Notes: generated from the sequence alone by a model not told the origin. Shown: positions 37,491-50,557, counted from the stretch's first letter. The stretch: DNA of 64,000 nt from Ascoidea asiatica JCM 7603 (GCA_001600695.1 BCKQ01000007.1:565594-629593), one strand, 5' to 3'. Numbers and translations: made by a program.

Positions 37491-38374
37491 TTTTCATAAC
37501 TTTTTACCACTTTTCTAAAGCTTTTCATCAGTTTTTATCATGTTTTTATCACTTTTTTACACAATTTGATTTAAAAATTATATAAAATTTATTTAAGATC
37601 ATAATTTATTTTTTAACCTTTATCTAAAACTTATTTAAAATTCTAAAACATAAACAAAAGACACTTACCTTTATTCGTTTTCAATCATTTTTAATCATTT
37701 CAGCTCATTTCAATTCAGCTTCATTCCATTCTATTCAACTTTCAATTAATTTTATTCACTTTCAAATAATCCTTTTTCAATGTTATTCACTTTTTAATGA
37801 TCATTTCAATTCAATTTTACTCATTTCCAATATCAACTACTAATTAAAAGATGATTATTTCACTTCATCATCTTAAATCACTTAAATTCTTTTTTCAATA
37901 AAATAAAATAAATAACGTACATTTACATTTTAAAATTGTTCTCAGAGTTACTGACTGTTAAATAATTATTTTCTCTTATTTTTTTTTTATTTTTTTTTTT
38001 TTAATTTAATTTTAGTGTTCCTTTAAGGAAATATGATAGCCAGCTTTACTTTATTTTCCTGAATATTCAGATGATATTCTCTTAAGTTATGATAAAGTTA
38101 CTCCATTTTCATTTCCATTTCCAATTCCATTTTAATTTCCTTTTCCATTTTCCACCTTCAATTTTAACTCTTAGTTCAATTTACAACTCGAATTCCATTA
38201 GAATTAGAAATTGGTACTAAATTTTGTTGTTATCCACCAAAAACTACTTTTTAGTAACGTTGCCTTTACTGTCACCTACCTACCTACGTACAATAGTTTG
38301 TATTAATTTTATTGTACTATTGTTTTGTGATTGTTTGGTAATTGTATGGTATTTTTTACATCTCTGGACTTTGT

Positions 38375-38413
<39 letters not shown>

Positions 38414-38686
38414 TTATATAAATATAATTAAATACCCTTTATTTCTTTTATTTCAATTTTCTTTATTATTTATAATTTTATTCTTTCCTCCTTTCTTTTT
38501 CTATAAATATACCTTTAAATTATAATATTATACCCGTAGTTTATACAGTTTTAATAAAGTTTATATCATTATAAATATTATTACTTATTTACTTTCATAT
38601 TCATATTCATATTTAAATTATTTATAATTCTAATAATTCTAATAGTTAATAATTAATAACTAATCACTAATCACTAATAATTAATA

Positions 38687-40693
38687 ATGACTACACCTGC
38701 TCCAAAACCAACTTCAACTTCAACTGAAGAAGTAAAAGCAACTGTAATGCCAAAAACTGAAACTATTTTACCAACAATAGCTGGTGAACCTGGTATAGTT
38801 ATACCTGCAAATGCTGATAAAATTGAAGCCTTTACAACTTTAGATCCAACTAAACCAAAAGATGATATTAAAGTTGATGATAAAACAGCTATTGTTAAAC
38901 CAGTAGAAGAATCAAAACCAATTGTTGAAGAAGTTAAAGATACTAAAGAACCTATTGTTGTTGAAGCACCAAAAGAAACAAAAGTTGAAGAATCAAAAGA
39001 CTCTAAAGTTGAAGAACCAAAAGAAACTAAAGTTGAAAAAAAATCAACTGTTGCTAAAACTGAAGAATCTCTTAAAAAAAAATTTACTCTGATTAAAAAT
39101 AAAATTACAAAAGATAAAAAAGAAGTTAAAGAAACTAAAGAAGTTAAAGAAGAAAAAACTGAAACTCCATCTAAACCTGTTGTTGCTACCACTGCTGCTC
39201 CTGAACCAGTTCCAGAAGCTAAAGTTGAAGAAGTAAAGTCTGAAGAAGTTAAAGAAACTCCAAAAGTTGAAGAACCTGTTAAAGAAACAAAATCAACTCC
39301 AGTTGAAAAAGTTAAATTTTCTGAAAAAGCAAAGAAATTATCTAGTAAATTTAAATCTGAAGTTACTAAACATACTGAATCTAAAAAAGATGTTTCAAAA
39401 GTTTCTCCAAAAGTATCACCAAAAGTAACTAAAGAATCAAAAGAAGTTGAAACACCTGTTGAAGCTGAACCAGTTGTTCCTGTTGTTGAAACTGAAAAAA
39501 AAGTTGAAGAAAAAGTTGTTGAACCAAAAGTTGCTAAAAAAGGAGTATTTTCAAAATTTAAAGAAGAATTATTTGAATTATCTAAGAAAAAATCCCCAGA
39601 ACCAAAACATGTTGAAAAGGTTGTTGAAACCCCAGTTGAAGCAGCTGTTGTAACTCCTGAAGTTGTTGAAGAAGTTGCTAAACCAACTGAAACTGTAGCT
39701 AAAGATGTTGAAGAACCAAAAAAAGAAGAAGCTAAACCAGAAGTTAAAACTGTTGATGCACCTGCACCTGCTCCAATAAGTAAAAGTGATAGAAGAAAAT
39801 CTGTATTTGGTAAATTTAAAGAAGAAGTTTCAAAACATGTTCCAATTAAAAAAGAAAAAGTTGTTGAACATGCTAAAGTAGAAAAGAAAGAAGTTGAAAC
39901 TAAAGTAGAAACTCCAGTTGAGGAACCAAAAGTTGAAGAAGCTGTTGAGAAACCTGCTGAAGAACCAGTAGTTGCTAAAGTTGAAGAAGAAACTAAAGCT
40001 GTTGAACTAGTTGAAGAAGCAAAAGTTGAAGAAGTCAAAGAGGTAAAACCAGTAAGTTCTAAAGTAGAAAGAAGAAAATCAGTTTTATCAAGATATTTAC
40101 ATAAAAAAACTTCATCTGTTGAAAAGAAACCAGTCAAAGTTGAAAAAAGTGTTGAAAGCAAAGAGCCTGTTGTTGAAGAAACAAAGTCAGAAGTTGTTGC
40201 TGAAGAACCTAAACCTGTTGAAGTAGAAGAAACTAAACCTGTTGAGGAAGTCAAATCTAAGGTTGTTGAGAAAAAAGTTGAAGCCAAATCTCCAACAGAA
40301 GAAAAAAGAAAAAGTTTTTTTGGATCTTTAGATAAATTTAAACATGCCTTTGAAGAAAAAAAAGTTTTAAAGAAAGAAGAATCAAAACCTGTTAAAAAAG
40401 AAGAACCAAAGGTTGAGCCAAAAGTTGAAGAAGTTTCTAAGAAAGAAGAAGAACCAAAAACTGAAGTGCCAGTTGTTGCCAAAGTTGAAGAACCAGTTGT
40501 TTCAAAAACCGAAGAACCTGTTGCTGAACCAGCTACTGAGCCAGTTACAGAAACTGCAAAAGTTGAAGAAGTTAAATCAGAAGAACCAAAAAAAGAAGAA
40601 GTTAAAGAAGAAGAAGTTAAAGAAGAAAGTTCAACTGAAAAGAAAAGTAAAAGAAAAAGTTTCTTTGGTAAATTAAAAGAATTTGTTAATTAA
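38687..40693 (+). CDS. Crp1/Mdg1-like K/E/V/P-rich protein lacking an evident CBM48 domain
   Basis: VMPKTE...AGEPGIVIP...IEAF motif and C-terminal KRKSFFGKLKEF resemble remembered Crp1/Mdg1 features. MDG1 lies near PSD1 and SKO1 in S. cerevisiae. Confidence 0.6.
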   Translation: MTTPAPKPTSTSTEEVKATVMPKTETILPTIAGEPGIVIPANADKIEAFTTLDPTKPKDDIKVDDKTAIVKPVEESKPIVEEVKDTKEPIVVEAPKETKVEESKDSKVEEPKETKVEKKSTVAKTEESLKKKFTLIKNKITKDKKEVKETKEVKEEKTETPSKPVVATTAAPEPVPEAKVEEVKSEEVKETPKVEEPVKETKSTPVEKVKFSEKAKKLSSKFKSEVTKHTESKKDVSKVSPKVSPKVTKESKEVETPVEAEPVVPVVETEKKVEEKVVEPKVAKKGVFSKFKEELFELSKKKSPEPKHVEKVVETPVEAAVVTPEVVEEVAKPTETVAKDVEEPKKEEAKPEVKTVDAPAPAPISKSDRRKSVFGKFKEEVSKHVPIKKEKVVEHAKVEKKEVETKVETPVEEPKVEEAVEKPAEEPVVAKVEEETKAVELVEEAKVEEVKEVKPVSSKVERRKSVLSRYLHKKTSSVEKKPVKVEKSVESKEPVVEETKSEVVAEEPKPVEVEETKPVEEVKSKVVEKKVEAKSPTEEKRKSFFGSLDKFKHAFEEKKVLKKEESKPVKKEEPKVEPKVEEVSKKEEEPKTEVPVVAKVEEPVVSKTEEPVAEPATEPVTETAKVEEVKSEEPKKEEVKEEEVKEESSTEKKSKRKSFFGKLKEFVN

Positions 40694-42318
40694 ATTACTT
40701 ATTAAATTCTTCTTTCTATGTTACTTTGTTTTATTTTGTTTGATCTGCTTTTTTTTACTTTACTTTTATTGAAGTAAAGTTATTTTATTAATTCTCCATG
40801 GATGTTTGGTCACTTTTGTTTAATTTTTCAGTTTTATAATCTAAATTTTAATTTTTAATTTTTTTGTTAATATTTTTGTTATTTTTGTTAACTTTATTTT
40901 GGTTTTTATTTATCTATTCAATAATTTGCTTTGCAATTGCTATCTTTTTTAAATAGCCCCTAATCTTAAATATAATAATTAAAACTTTGTTCTTTTTATG
41001 TTGAAAAGTAAACTTATTCTTTTTAGAGTAAGTTTATTTCTTCTAAAATTGTAATTAATTCATATTTCAATTACTTGATTTTAAGAGAAAATTGGTTTCA
41101 TAATAATTGAAGAACTAAACTTCAGATAAAAAATCATATCTTTAGAGAATTATTCTCATAATTCTTATTGTATCTGAGAAGATTTTTCTACTTCTTTGAC
41201 TCAGGTTGATGATTTTTCATTGAATCTTTTTCAAACTACTTTGATCAACTGAATGTAAAAAGCTATTGAAAAGGTTCAATTCAAGAAAGGCTGCAAAGCT
41301 TCGGAAGAGTGCCGAATATACTGAACACTGTCCAACCACCGATACAGAATTTAAAAGAGCAATTCTTAAGCAAGGCCTCAACTACTCCACCACACGTGAT
41401 AATCTGATTTTTTTGCTTAACTGCCACCCATAATCCAGTTTAAAGGGCTGAGTGACCTTGTTGGGCCGGTGATGCTGTGGCTGGTACATCTGGTCACGTG
41501 TTTGAGTGTTCAATTTTAAAACAAGGTTTGGGTTGATGCAGTTATTACTTTATTAAAAAGTAAAGTGCATACAAATCCACATACAAATCCAGTGGGCTGG
41601 TACCATTAATATATCACTGTGTAGTAATAAATTACTGATGTATTATTTAAGTATCCGATGTAGCCAATGTTGTATGTATACAATATATCCAGCACAATAC
41701 AATGCTTTTTATTTATTTCTTTTGATCCAATTGACTTTTGGAGCATTTTTTTTATTCTTTTTATAATTCTTCACTAATTTTATAGACTGTCTTTGTTCGG
41801 AGAAATACTACTTGTAGTAAAATATGTCTTCGAGTATTAAAAATTTTGATTAAATACTTTACTTTATTGCATTCTTTTCTACTCCAATAAGTTTGTTTGC
41901 ATACATATTGAGGTATTTTATTCATTTAACCCCCATTTTTATCCATCAAAGTAATAAGTTAAAATATTTTATTTGAAGTGAATTACGAATTATCCAAATA
42001 ATCATACTGGAATAATTGATCTTTTTTATTCTTAGGGAAACCTAAATTTGGCTTATTAATGTAACTTAACGTTCAGTAACTTGATTTTAATTATGAGGTC
42101 CTTTGTTTATTTGCCTGTTATCCCTTGAATGTTGGTTATTATCAATTTTGATATGAATTAAAAGATATAACATTATATATAAATACACCATTTTAACTAC
42201 AAAAATAAAATTAACATTGAAGATTTTCTTAATTACTTTTTCTCTTTATAATAAAATAAGTTTTTATATCAAAAAGTAAAATTATTTTTCATATTTGATT
42301 ATTTTATTTTTTTTCAAA

Positions 42319-43092
42319 ATGTTTAATTTATTTTCTTTAGAAGGTAAAACTGCTTTAATAACTGGCTCTGAAAGTGGAATTGGACAAGGTATTGCAATTG
42401 GGTTAGCACAATCTGGTGCTGATATTGTCATTGCTTATTTTTACAAACATTCACCAGATGAAACAATTAAATTAATAAATGAATCAACAAAAGATAAACC
42501 AGTTAAAATTTATTCAATTCCTGTTGATTTATCTAAAAAAAAAGATGTTGCTGAATTAATTTCAAAAGTTTATGATTTAACAAATAATAATTTAGATATT
42601 TTAGTTAATAATGCAGGAATTGCAGATGATGAAACCGCTTTATTAAAATCAAATGATGAATGGGAAAGAGTTCAATATATTAATTTAACTGTACCTTATT
42701 ATCTTTCAAGAGATTTTGCTAAAAAACAAATAGAATTAGGTAAAAAAGGTAAAATTATTAATATTGCTTCAATTTTAGGATTTCGCTCAATTAAAAATAC
42801 TGCTGCAAGTTATGCAACTGCAAAAGCTGGTTTACGTAATTTAACAAAAGCTTTAGCAAAAGAATGGTCAATTAAAGGTATTTATGTTAATGCAATTGCT
42901 CCAGGTTGGGTTGTAACAAATATGACAAACTCTCTTGATACTTCTTCTAGAGGTTATCAAGCTGATAAAATTCCATTAGGTAGATTTGCTACTCCCAATG
43001 AACTCGCAGGTGCTGCTATTTATTTAGCTTCCGATGCTTCTAGTTATACAACAGGTATCACTTTACCAGTTGATGGTGGATACTTGACCTAA
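42319..43092 (+). CDS. Short-chain dehydrogenase/reductase, KduD/gluconate 5-dehydrogenase-like
   Basis: TGSESGIG, NNAG, YATAK, VNAIAPG, IPLGR and VDGG. First ATG at 42319. Confidence 0.9.
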   Translation: MFNLFSLEGKTALITGSESGIGQGIAIGLAQSGADIVIAYFYKHSPDETIKLINESTKDKPVKIYSIPVDLSKKKDVAELISKVYDLTNNNLDILVNNAGIADDETALLKSNDEWERVQYINLTVPYYLSRDFAKKQIELGKKGKIINIASILGFRSIKNTAASYATAKAGLRNLTKALAKEWSIKGIYVNAIAPGWVVTNMTNSLDTSSRGYQADKIPLGRFATPNELAGAAIYLASDASSYTTGITLPVDGGYLT

Positions 43093-43440
43093 TTACATAT
43101 GCTCTTCTTCTTTGTCTCAATACTTATTGTCGCTTTCATTTCTTTTCTTTTCATTTCTTTTTCTTTTTCTTTTTCTTTTTCTTTCGTCTCTTACGAATAT
43201 ATTTATGATCTTCATTTCCATTTGTTATCCTTCACAAGTTGTAATTACAACAAACAATAAAAGTTACTTCAATATTTTCATATTTCTTTTCCTTGTTCGA
43301 ACAATGCCCTAAAACTACAAAGTCACATGCACTATTTAGACTTACCCGGTCACCATATCCTTTTTTTACTATAAAAGCAGCCCAAATCCTTTTAATTAAT
43401 TTTAATATTTTTTTGTTTTTTCTCTTTTCTTGATTCATCA

Positions 43441-43545
43441 ATCAACCAGGAGATCAATATCTTAATCGAACATGGCTCTTGCCTTTTACCAGAGCCATCC
43501 GGGTATTGTCTTCACTTCAAATGGTTTACTTTTTTATTTTTGGCA
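43441..43545 (+). ncRNA. SNR7: U5 spliceosomal snRNA
   Basis: Invariant loop 1 GCCTTTTAC within the stem ATGGCTCT/AGAGCCAT, flanked by CGAAC and CCGGGT as in yeast U5. Sm site ATTTTTGG at 43536; TATAAAAG at about 43370. Ends approximate. Confidence 0.93.
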
Positions 43546-43919
43546 ATGTTATTTCTATACTTTTGTTTAGATCTTTTAAGTGATTAATCTGGTAATTTGA
43601 AATTTCATTAATTTGTTATTTTACTGGTTTTTACATAAAAGTTTTATAAATGAAAGAATAAACTATAATTGCTGGTTAAGAATGGTTTGATAATTGTGAA
43701 TCAATTCGAACTATGATTGACTCTTGACTCTTTGACTTTAAAAAAGTGATGTTTAATTATTCGAATTTACAAGCTGTTTAGGGATTGTAGCCGAAAGTGT
43801 TAATATAAATTTATAATGTTCATAAAAATCATACAAAGGTTTTATTTATTTGTTATCATAATACATATACAAAAATATTATATTTTCAAAATTAATAAAG
43901 GTTTAAATATAAATATTAA

Positions 43920-46743
43920 TCATCGTTTACCTAAAATCAATGTGTCCATAAAAGGTTCCTCTAATAATATCTCACAATTACTTCTTTTCTTTGGATCTAT
44001 ATTAAATATTTTCTTTAAAAAATTTATACCATCTTTTGTAATAATATCTTTACTGGGAAAATTTGGATGATTCAGCATGACTCCAATTTCAAACATTGCT
44101 TCTTCAAAATTTAAGTTTGGAAATGGATGAAATCCTGTAATCATTTCAATAATTAAACATCCAACTGACCAAATATCAGAATTCTTGGAATATTTTAATT
44201 CATTTATTACTTCTGGTGCCATCCAATATATTGAACTTTCCATTATTTTTTTCTGAATTCTATTATATTCTTTAATAACTGATTTTATTTCTTTATCTTC
44301 TTCTTCATCTTTCACTTCTTTATCCTTTGATTTTGTATCATTTCCAATTTTTATTCCGTCTAAAGCTTTTCCTATTTTACTATCACTATAATCATCATCT
44401 GATATACTTCCATCTCCATTCCAAGTTTCATAATGATAATCGTACTCTATGAAATCATCTTCATTTTCCTCCTTATCAATTGAAGCACTATCATCATTTA
44501 GTTTATTGAAATTCTTACTTTCTCTCTCATTAAATGTATTGTCTTGATTATTCAATTTTGGAGTTGTCAAACTAGTCGGTGTTAATGTTTTTATAATACT
44601 ATTATCACCAACTTTATTATCTTCTTTATTATCACTATCACTATCACTCGAATTACAAAAATCATCAGATTCTTGACTTTTTTTAGAAACTGTTTTTAAA
44701 ATCCCAAAATCAGAAATTTTAACGTATCCGTTGTTATCTATTAAAACATTACCACCTTTGATATCTTTATGAATTATATCCATAGAATGTAAATAGTTTA
44801 ACCCAATTAAAACTTGGGCTGTAAAATTTCTAATCATTGGTTCTTCAAATGGTCCATATTCATTCAACATTGAAGAAATTGATCCACCAGGAACATATTC
44901 AAGAAATAAATTTAAAAAATTATAATCTGAATTTTCTTCAAGTTCATAATCATATGTAAATCCAATAAATCTAACAATATTTGCATGATTTAATTCTTTT
45001 AATTTATTTAATTCATTTTGTAATCTCAAAATTAATTTTTTATTACCATTTTGTTTTTTAATATTTTTTTTAGCTCGCTTATTAGTAATGTCAAAGTTTA
45101 TTAGTTTTTTAGATACCTCAAATTGTTTAACTGCCATCAATTCTCCAGTTAATCTATTCATACCAAGATAAACTTGACCTAGTGATCCAATTCCAATTTT
45201 AGTTCCCTTTAACCATTTTTCTGGTCCTAATTTAGTAATTTCTTGCACTAATGACATATCTTTTTGTATTGAAAATTCTTCTTCATCTTCCTTTTTTTCT
45301 TCTTGTTGATCTTGTTGTTGTGGATGACTTTGTTCTTCATCTTCTGTCTCACTACCAAAACTTAAAAAATCATCATCATCCGATATTATTGATTCACTAT
45401 TATCAAATTCTACTCCATGATTTTTATCTAAAGAATTATTATTATTATTGCTCACAATATTATTTTCATTGTCTGAATTATTATAAATTACATCATTGAT
45501 AAGATCTTCTTTAAAACTTGTTTTAAAATTTGGACTTATTGATTCATGAATTAAAGAAATTTTACTATTATTTAATAAATTTTTTGGAGATTGATTTTGA
45601 TAATGTATAGAAATTCTTTTATTTGAATTTTTTGTATTTACAGTTAAATTTGAAAAAATTGACATTCTTTTATTATCTTTATCACGATTTGAAAAAATAT
45701 TATTCAAGTTAATTGTATTATTATTATTATTGTTATTAGTATTATTATTATTTGTTACATGAGATAAATTTCTTAAATTTGAAAATGATCCAGTTACAGA
45801 TGATATTGATAATCCTTTTTTATTTGTATTGCTATTCAATAAAGATTCCTTTATATCATCACTTATATTTAATTCGTTTAAATCAGGTAATTTTGGAGGC
45901 GTATTATTGATATTTGGTGTATTATTTATATTATTATTATTAGTACCATTAATTTCATTATTCAATAATGAAGAAGATGAAGATCCAATATTTGCATTAT
46001 GACTATTATAACTATAAAATGAACCCATTGATAATCTAGAAAATGCTTTTGATAATCTAACTGAATTTCGAATAGTATCTCTTAATTCTTTTGGTTTTGC
46101 TTGAGGAAAATATTCAGCTAAATTTATTGAAATTAATTCACTTGGAGGTCTTTGGCCATAAACTTTTAAAAATTCTTTATTAGTATTTGAAGATAGTTTT
46201 GATGTTAGAGTTGATGAAGAATGTTGTGATAAATGTCTTGAAACTTTTTTTTTCATAATTTTATTATTAAGGGTATCATTTGATGTATTATTATTATTAT
46301 AATTATAATTATTATCATTTATATTATTATTATTATTTATATTATTATTATTCATATTGCTATTACTAACATTATTGATAACTTTTTTATTATTTGATTT
46401 TTTTAACTTATGAGTTGAAGCATCTAAAAAGATTTCAATAATATTATTTTTATTCAACTTTTCAATAGAAGTTGAAACTTTATTTATATTTTCATTTACG
46501 TTTTCATTTCCATTTTCATTTCCACTTCCATTTCCATTTACATTTACATTTACATTTACATTTACATTTACATTTTCATTTCCATTTTCATTTTCAGTTT
46601 TATATTTCTTTAAATTTGAAATATCTTTTGAATTTATAATTTTTGAAATATCTAAAGGTTTTTCAAAAATTAAAGCATCTTTATATTTATTTTGTTTTAA
46701 TTTTGAATTAGTTATAGTTATAGGTTTCTTATTTTCAATTTTA

Positions 46744-46781
<38 letters not shown>

Positions 46782-48281
46782 ATTATTATTATTTTTATCA
46801 GTTTTAATATCAATTAATTGTTTTTTATAAATTTTATTTGAAATTTCAATTGAATTTATATTTGGTAATTCATTTTTTAAGGTTATTATTAATCTTTCTT
46901 TGATTAAAGAATTTTTAACATTTTTACAAAAATTTAATAAATTTTTTAAACTGATTTTTATTGGAATTTGTTCAATATAAAAACTACAATTATTAGTACT
47001 GGTTCTATTACTACTTTTACTATTTGTTTTAGTATAGGAAATATAATAAATATTATAAATAATTTTTGAATTTAAATTATTATTGATGCCTAGTTTTTTG
47101 AATAATTTAGCTAATATTGAAGCAGGTGAATTACAATTTGAAATATCGATTTTTTTAGTTGAACCATCATTGAATATAAAAGTTACAATACTTTTTATTA
47201 AACCTTTACTATTCAATGTTGAAGTAGAACTATTACTATTATTATTCGAAATTTTTGAAATTTTTGATAATTTTGAAAATTTTGAAGAATTTGAAATGAG
47301 GGAGTCATGAGATTGTTTTGTATTTATTAAATTATTTGTGCTTATTGATATCTTACTTTTATTACTTTTATTTGAATTAATACTTTTATTAGTTTTATCA
47401 GATTGATTTGAGTTATTTGAAATATTTGAAATTTTAGATTTATCTGAATGAATTGAATGAATTGAATTATTTGAATTAATTGAAGTATTTGAATTTGTTG
47501 AATTTAAAGAATTTTTAGAAAAATTTGATAAATTAGAATTTGTTGAAAAATTAGAAATATTTGAATAAGTTGATAAATTTCCAATACTTTTTTTATTATT
47601 TAAATCCATATTACCATTGTTATTATTTAATATACTATTATAAAGAATTTCATTATCTTTTAAATTATTTAAAAAAGTATTTAGATTTAAATTTGAATTC
47701 AATTTTTTAAATTTTAAAGATTCTATAGAAATTTCAAATTTTATTAAATCACCAACTTTATTAATACCTAATTCTTTTAATAAATTATAGTCTAATTGAG
47801 TTAATAAATCAAAAGTTATATCATTTTCTTTGAATAATCTATAATATTCTTTACAGTTTATTTCTTCTAACCAAATTTTAATTTGATCATTATTAATATT
47901 GTTTAAATTATTCACATTATTTAAATTTTTGAATTTTAATGAAGATTTATTATTGATTGAATTATTTGATTGATTACTTTTGTTACTTTTATTACTATTA
48001 TTACTTTTATTTGAATTACTGGAATTTCTTAAAAAAGATTTTGAATTTAATGAATTTTTCAAATTATTATTTTTATTTTTCAAATTTATTGAATTGTTAG
48101 TAAAAGATTTTATTGAAGTTAAGGAAGAATTTCTTTTATTATTAAGGTTATTATTGATATTATTATTTATATTATTATTATTATTATCATCTTTTAAAGA
48201 TGAAATTTCTTTTGAATTATGATTATTATATAAAATTGAATTATTTAAACTATCAAAAGATAATTTCCTTAATGCATTCAT
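43920..48281 (-). CDS. STE11: Ste11-like MAPKKK (SAM, RA-like and kinase domains), divergent
   Basis: SAM domain (WLEEINCKEY..LKELGI), GQRPPSELIS.NLAEYFP, GMNRLTGELMAVKQ, FLEYVPGGS, DFG and WMAPE. Confidence 0.88.
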
Positions 48282-49087
48282 TGTAGTTATAATGAGTATT
48301 AATAAAAATAAAAGTATTGATATGATATGGATATGAATAAAGATAAATTGAAAAAGAAAGCGAGAGATTTAATAATTTGATAATTTAATGATTAACTGAT
48401 TAATATCGCCATATCATTTCATAACAAATAATTTATGTATTATTGGTCTTTTTGATATATTTCAAAGTATTGAATTGAGTTATAATCAAGAGTATTAAAG
48501 AAAGAATTATGAATGTTTTATTACTGTAATATATTTAGTGCTTTAAAGCTTTATTTCTTCGATAATATTATCAATTGCAATGGATTGATTAAGTATCAGA
48601 GTGCTGGCGGTAGAATTGTTTTATTGTTTTATTGTTTATTGTTGATTGTTTATTCAACTGCTGAGTATTAAGTATTAAGTATTAAGTATTAATTCTGTCT
48701 TGATTGTTCAGATGTGCTGAATCGCAGAGTTTGAATCTGATACGGCAGAGAAACGTTCGCTTTGGCGGTGGGAGAAATGTGAGTGTTGAAAAAGAGTGTT
48801 GACGGTAACTGTTACTGCTCGTAGTTACTCGGTGCCTGGCAAGGAACCGGAGAGACGTAGCAGCAGGGTAACAGATCTAAGCAGCAGCGCGCTGACGGTA
48901 CAGGCGCTTTTGTATGCAGCAGATCCGCGATGGTTTCATTACCATACTACTGGTCGAGAAGGAGGTGTGTATCACAGCGCTAAGCTGTGGAGCGTGCGTC
49001 TACTACGAGACCCAAATGTTTGGCTCCATTCATTCATTCATTCAATCATTTCTCATTTACTATTAATTACTAAATATTAGCTATTGA

Positions 49088-49888
49088 TTATTGATTATTA
49101 TTACAGTTATCAATATCAATATCAATATCATTATCATTATCATTGTTGGTTAATATCTTATTGTAAATAGTTTCTTTTGATAATGGAGTTAAGCGTAAAT
49201 ATGGTTTAATGATTCTAAATTTCGGAAATAATTTACGAGCATTTGTATCATTGACTGAATAATTAATAATAACATCATCTCCAGGAATCCAATTAATTGG
49301 TGTTGAAATATTATAAGAATCTGAAATAATTAAAGAATCTAAAACTCTTAAAATTTCTGCAGTATTTCTACCTGTTGAAGTTGGATAATTTATAATTAAT
49401 CTAATTTTTTTGAAATTATCAATTATAAATAATGATCTTATTGTTAATCTAATTTTAAAATTTGCTTCGGATTTATTATTATCTTCATTATATTTGAAAT
49501 TTTTTGAATCTTGATAATCTAACATATTATATAATATTGAAATTTTACCACCTAAATCTGAAATTATTGGAAATTTTAAATCTGAACATGTTAATTCATT
49601 TATATCTTTAATCCAATTTAAATGATTTTCAATTGAATTTATACTTAAACCTATCAATTTACAATTTCTTTTATTAAATTCATTTTCTAATTTGGAAAAT
49701 GCTCCTAATTCTGTTGTACAAACTGGAGTAAAATCATCTGGATGTGAAAAAAATATACACCATTTATTATTAATAAATTCATGAAATCGAATTTTGCCAA
49801 TTGTTGTATCACATTCAAAATCTGGAGCAATGGATCCCAATCTTATTACAGGTACTTCATTTTCATTACTTTCATTCATCTCAATCAT
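49088..49888 (-). CDS. PRX1: 1-Cys peroxiredoxin (Prx6 family)
   Basis: FSHPDDFTPVCTTE, YPTSTGRN.AEILRV and TPINW.PGDDV. Confidence 0.93.
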   Translation of the reverse strand: MIEMNESNENEVPVIRLGSIAPDFECDTTIGKIRFHEFINNKWCIFFSHPDDFTPVCTTELGAFSKLENEFNKRNCKLIGLSINSIENHLNWIKDINELTCSDLKFPIISDLGGKISILYNMLDYQDSKNFKYNEDNNKSEANFKIRLTIRSLFIIDNFKKIRLIINYPTSTGRNTAEILRVLDSLIISDSYNISTPINWIPGDDVIINYSVNDTNARKLFPKFRIIKPYLRLTPLSKETIYNKILTNNDNDNDIDIDIDNCNNNQ

Positions 49889-50557
49889 TATTATCTATCT
49901 ATTGTAATATTTCCATATACAGTACCATTAATATTATTTAATATACTTTTAATCCATAACTGAATAAATATATCATTATCGAGCAATGCAATCAGTAGAA
50001 ATAACCTCAGTGTCTGCGGCGTTATCAGTGAATTACTGACAGTAACAATAATATTTAAACAGGGTCTAACTTAGATCTGGTCACATGCACCATCGTTATT
50101 TTAGTCACGCCACGTGATCTCCCTGATACGTGTCTACTGCCACACACGCTGAACCCTTTAGATTTGCACGCTTTTTCAACTCCAATCTTTAACCGCCGAC
50201 ACTTTTATTCAATTATCATCAAAAACCACTTTTCAATATTGATATTCATTCGTTATATATTCAATATTTCTTATTTGATAGATATAATCAAATAATATAA
50301 CAATCAATACAATAACAATCAATATAATCATAATCACAGTCATTATCATTCACTATCATATCTTATCACTTTAATTTGATAAATATTCATATTCATGATT
50401 AAATAATAAAGGTTATAATCAATCCAACTAATTCAACTTATCCAACTATTTTACTCTCATTATTAAAGATTATATATTTATTTATATAAATAAATAAACA
50501 AACAAACTCATTCATAAGCGCTTATACATAACTATAGATAAATATATTATAATTAAA

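Noticed and set aside
37661-37670. ACACTTACCT as a U1 snRNA 5' end or a minus-strand splice donor
   Set aside because: No U1 stem-loops follow, and there is no matching branch point before the CHL1 ATG.
38674-40482. 602-aa antisense ORF
   Set aside because: Shadow of the plus-strand gene; its GAA/AAA/GTT/CCA-rich codons generate few antisense stops.
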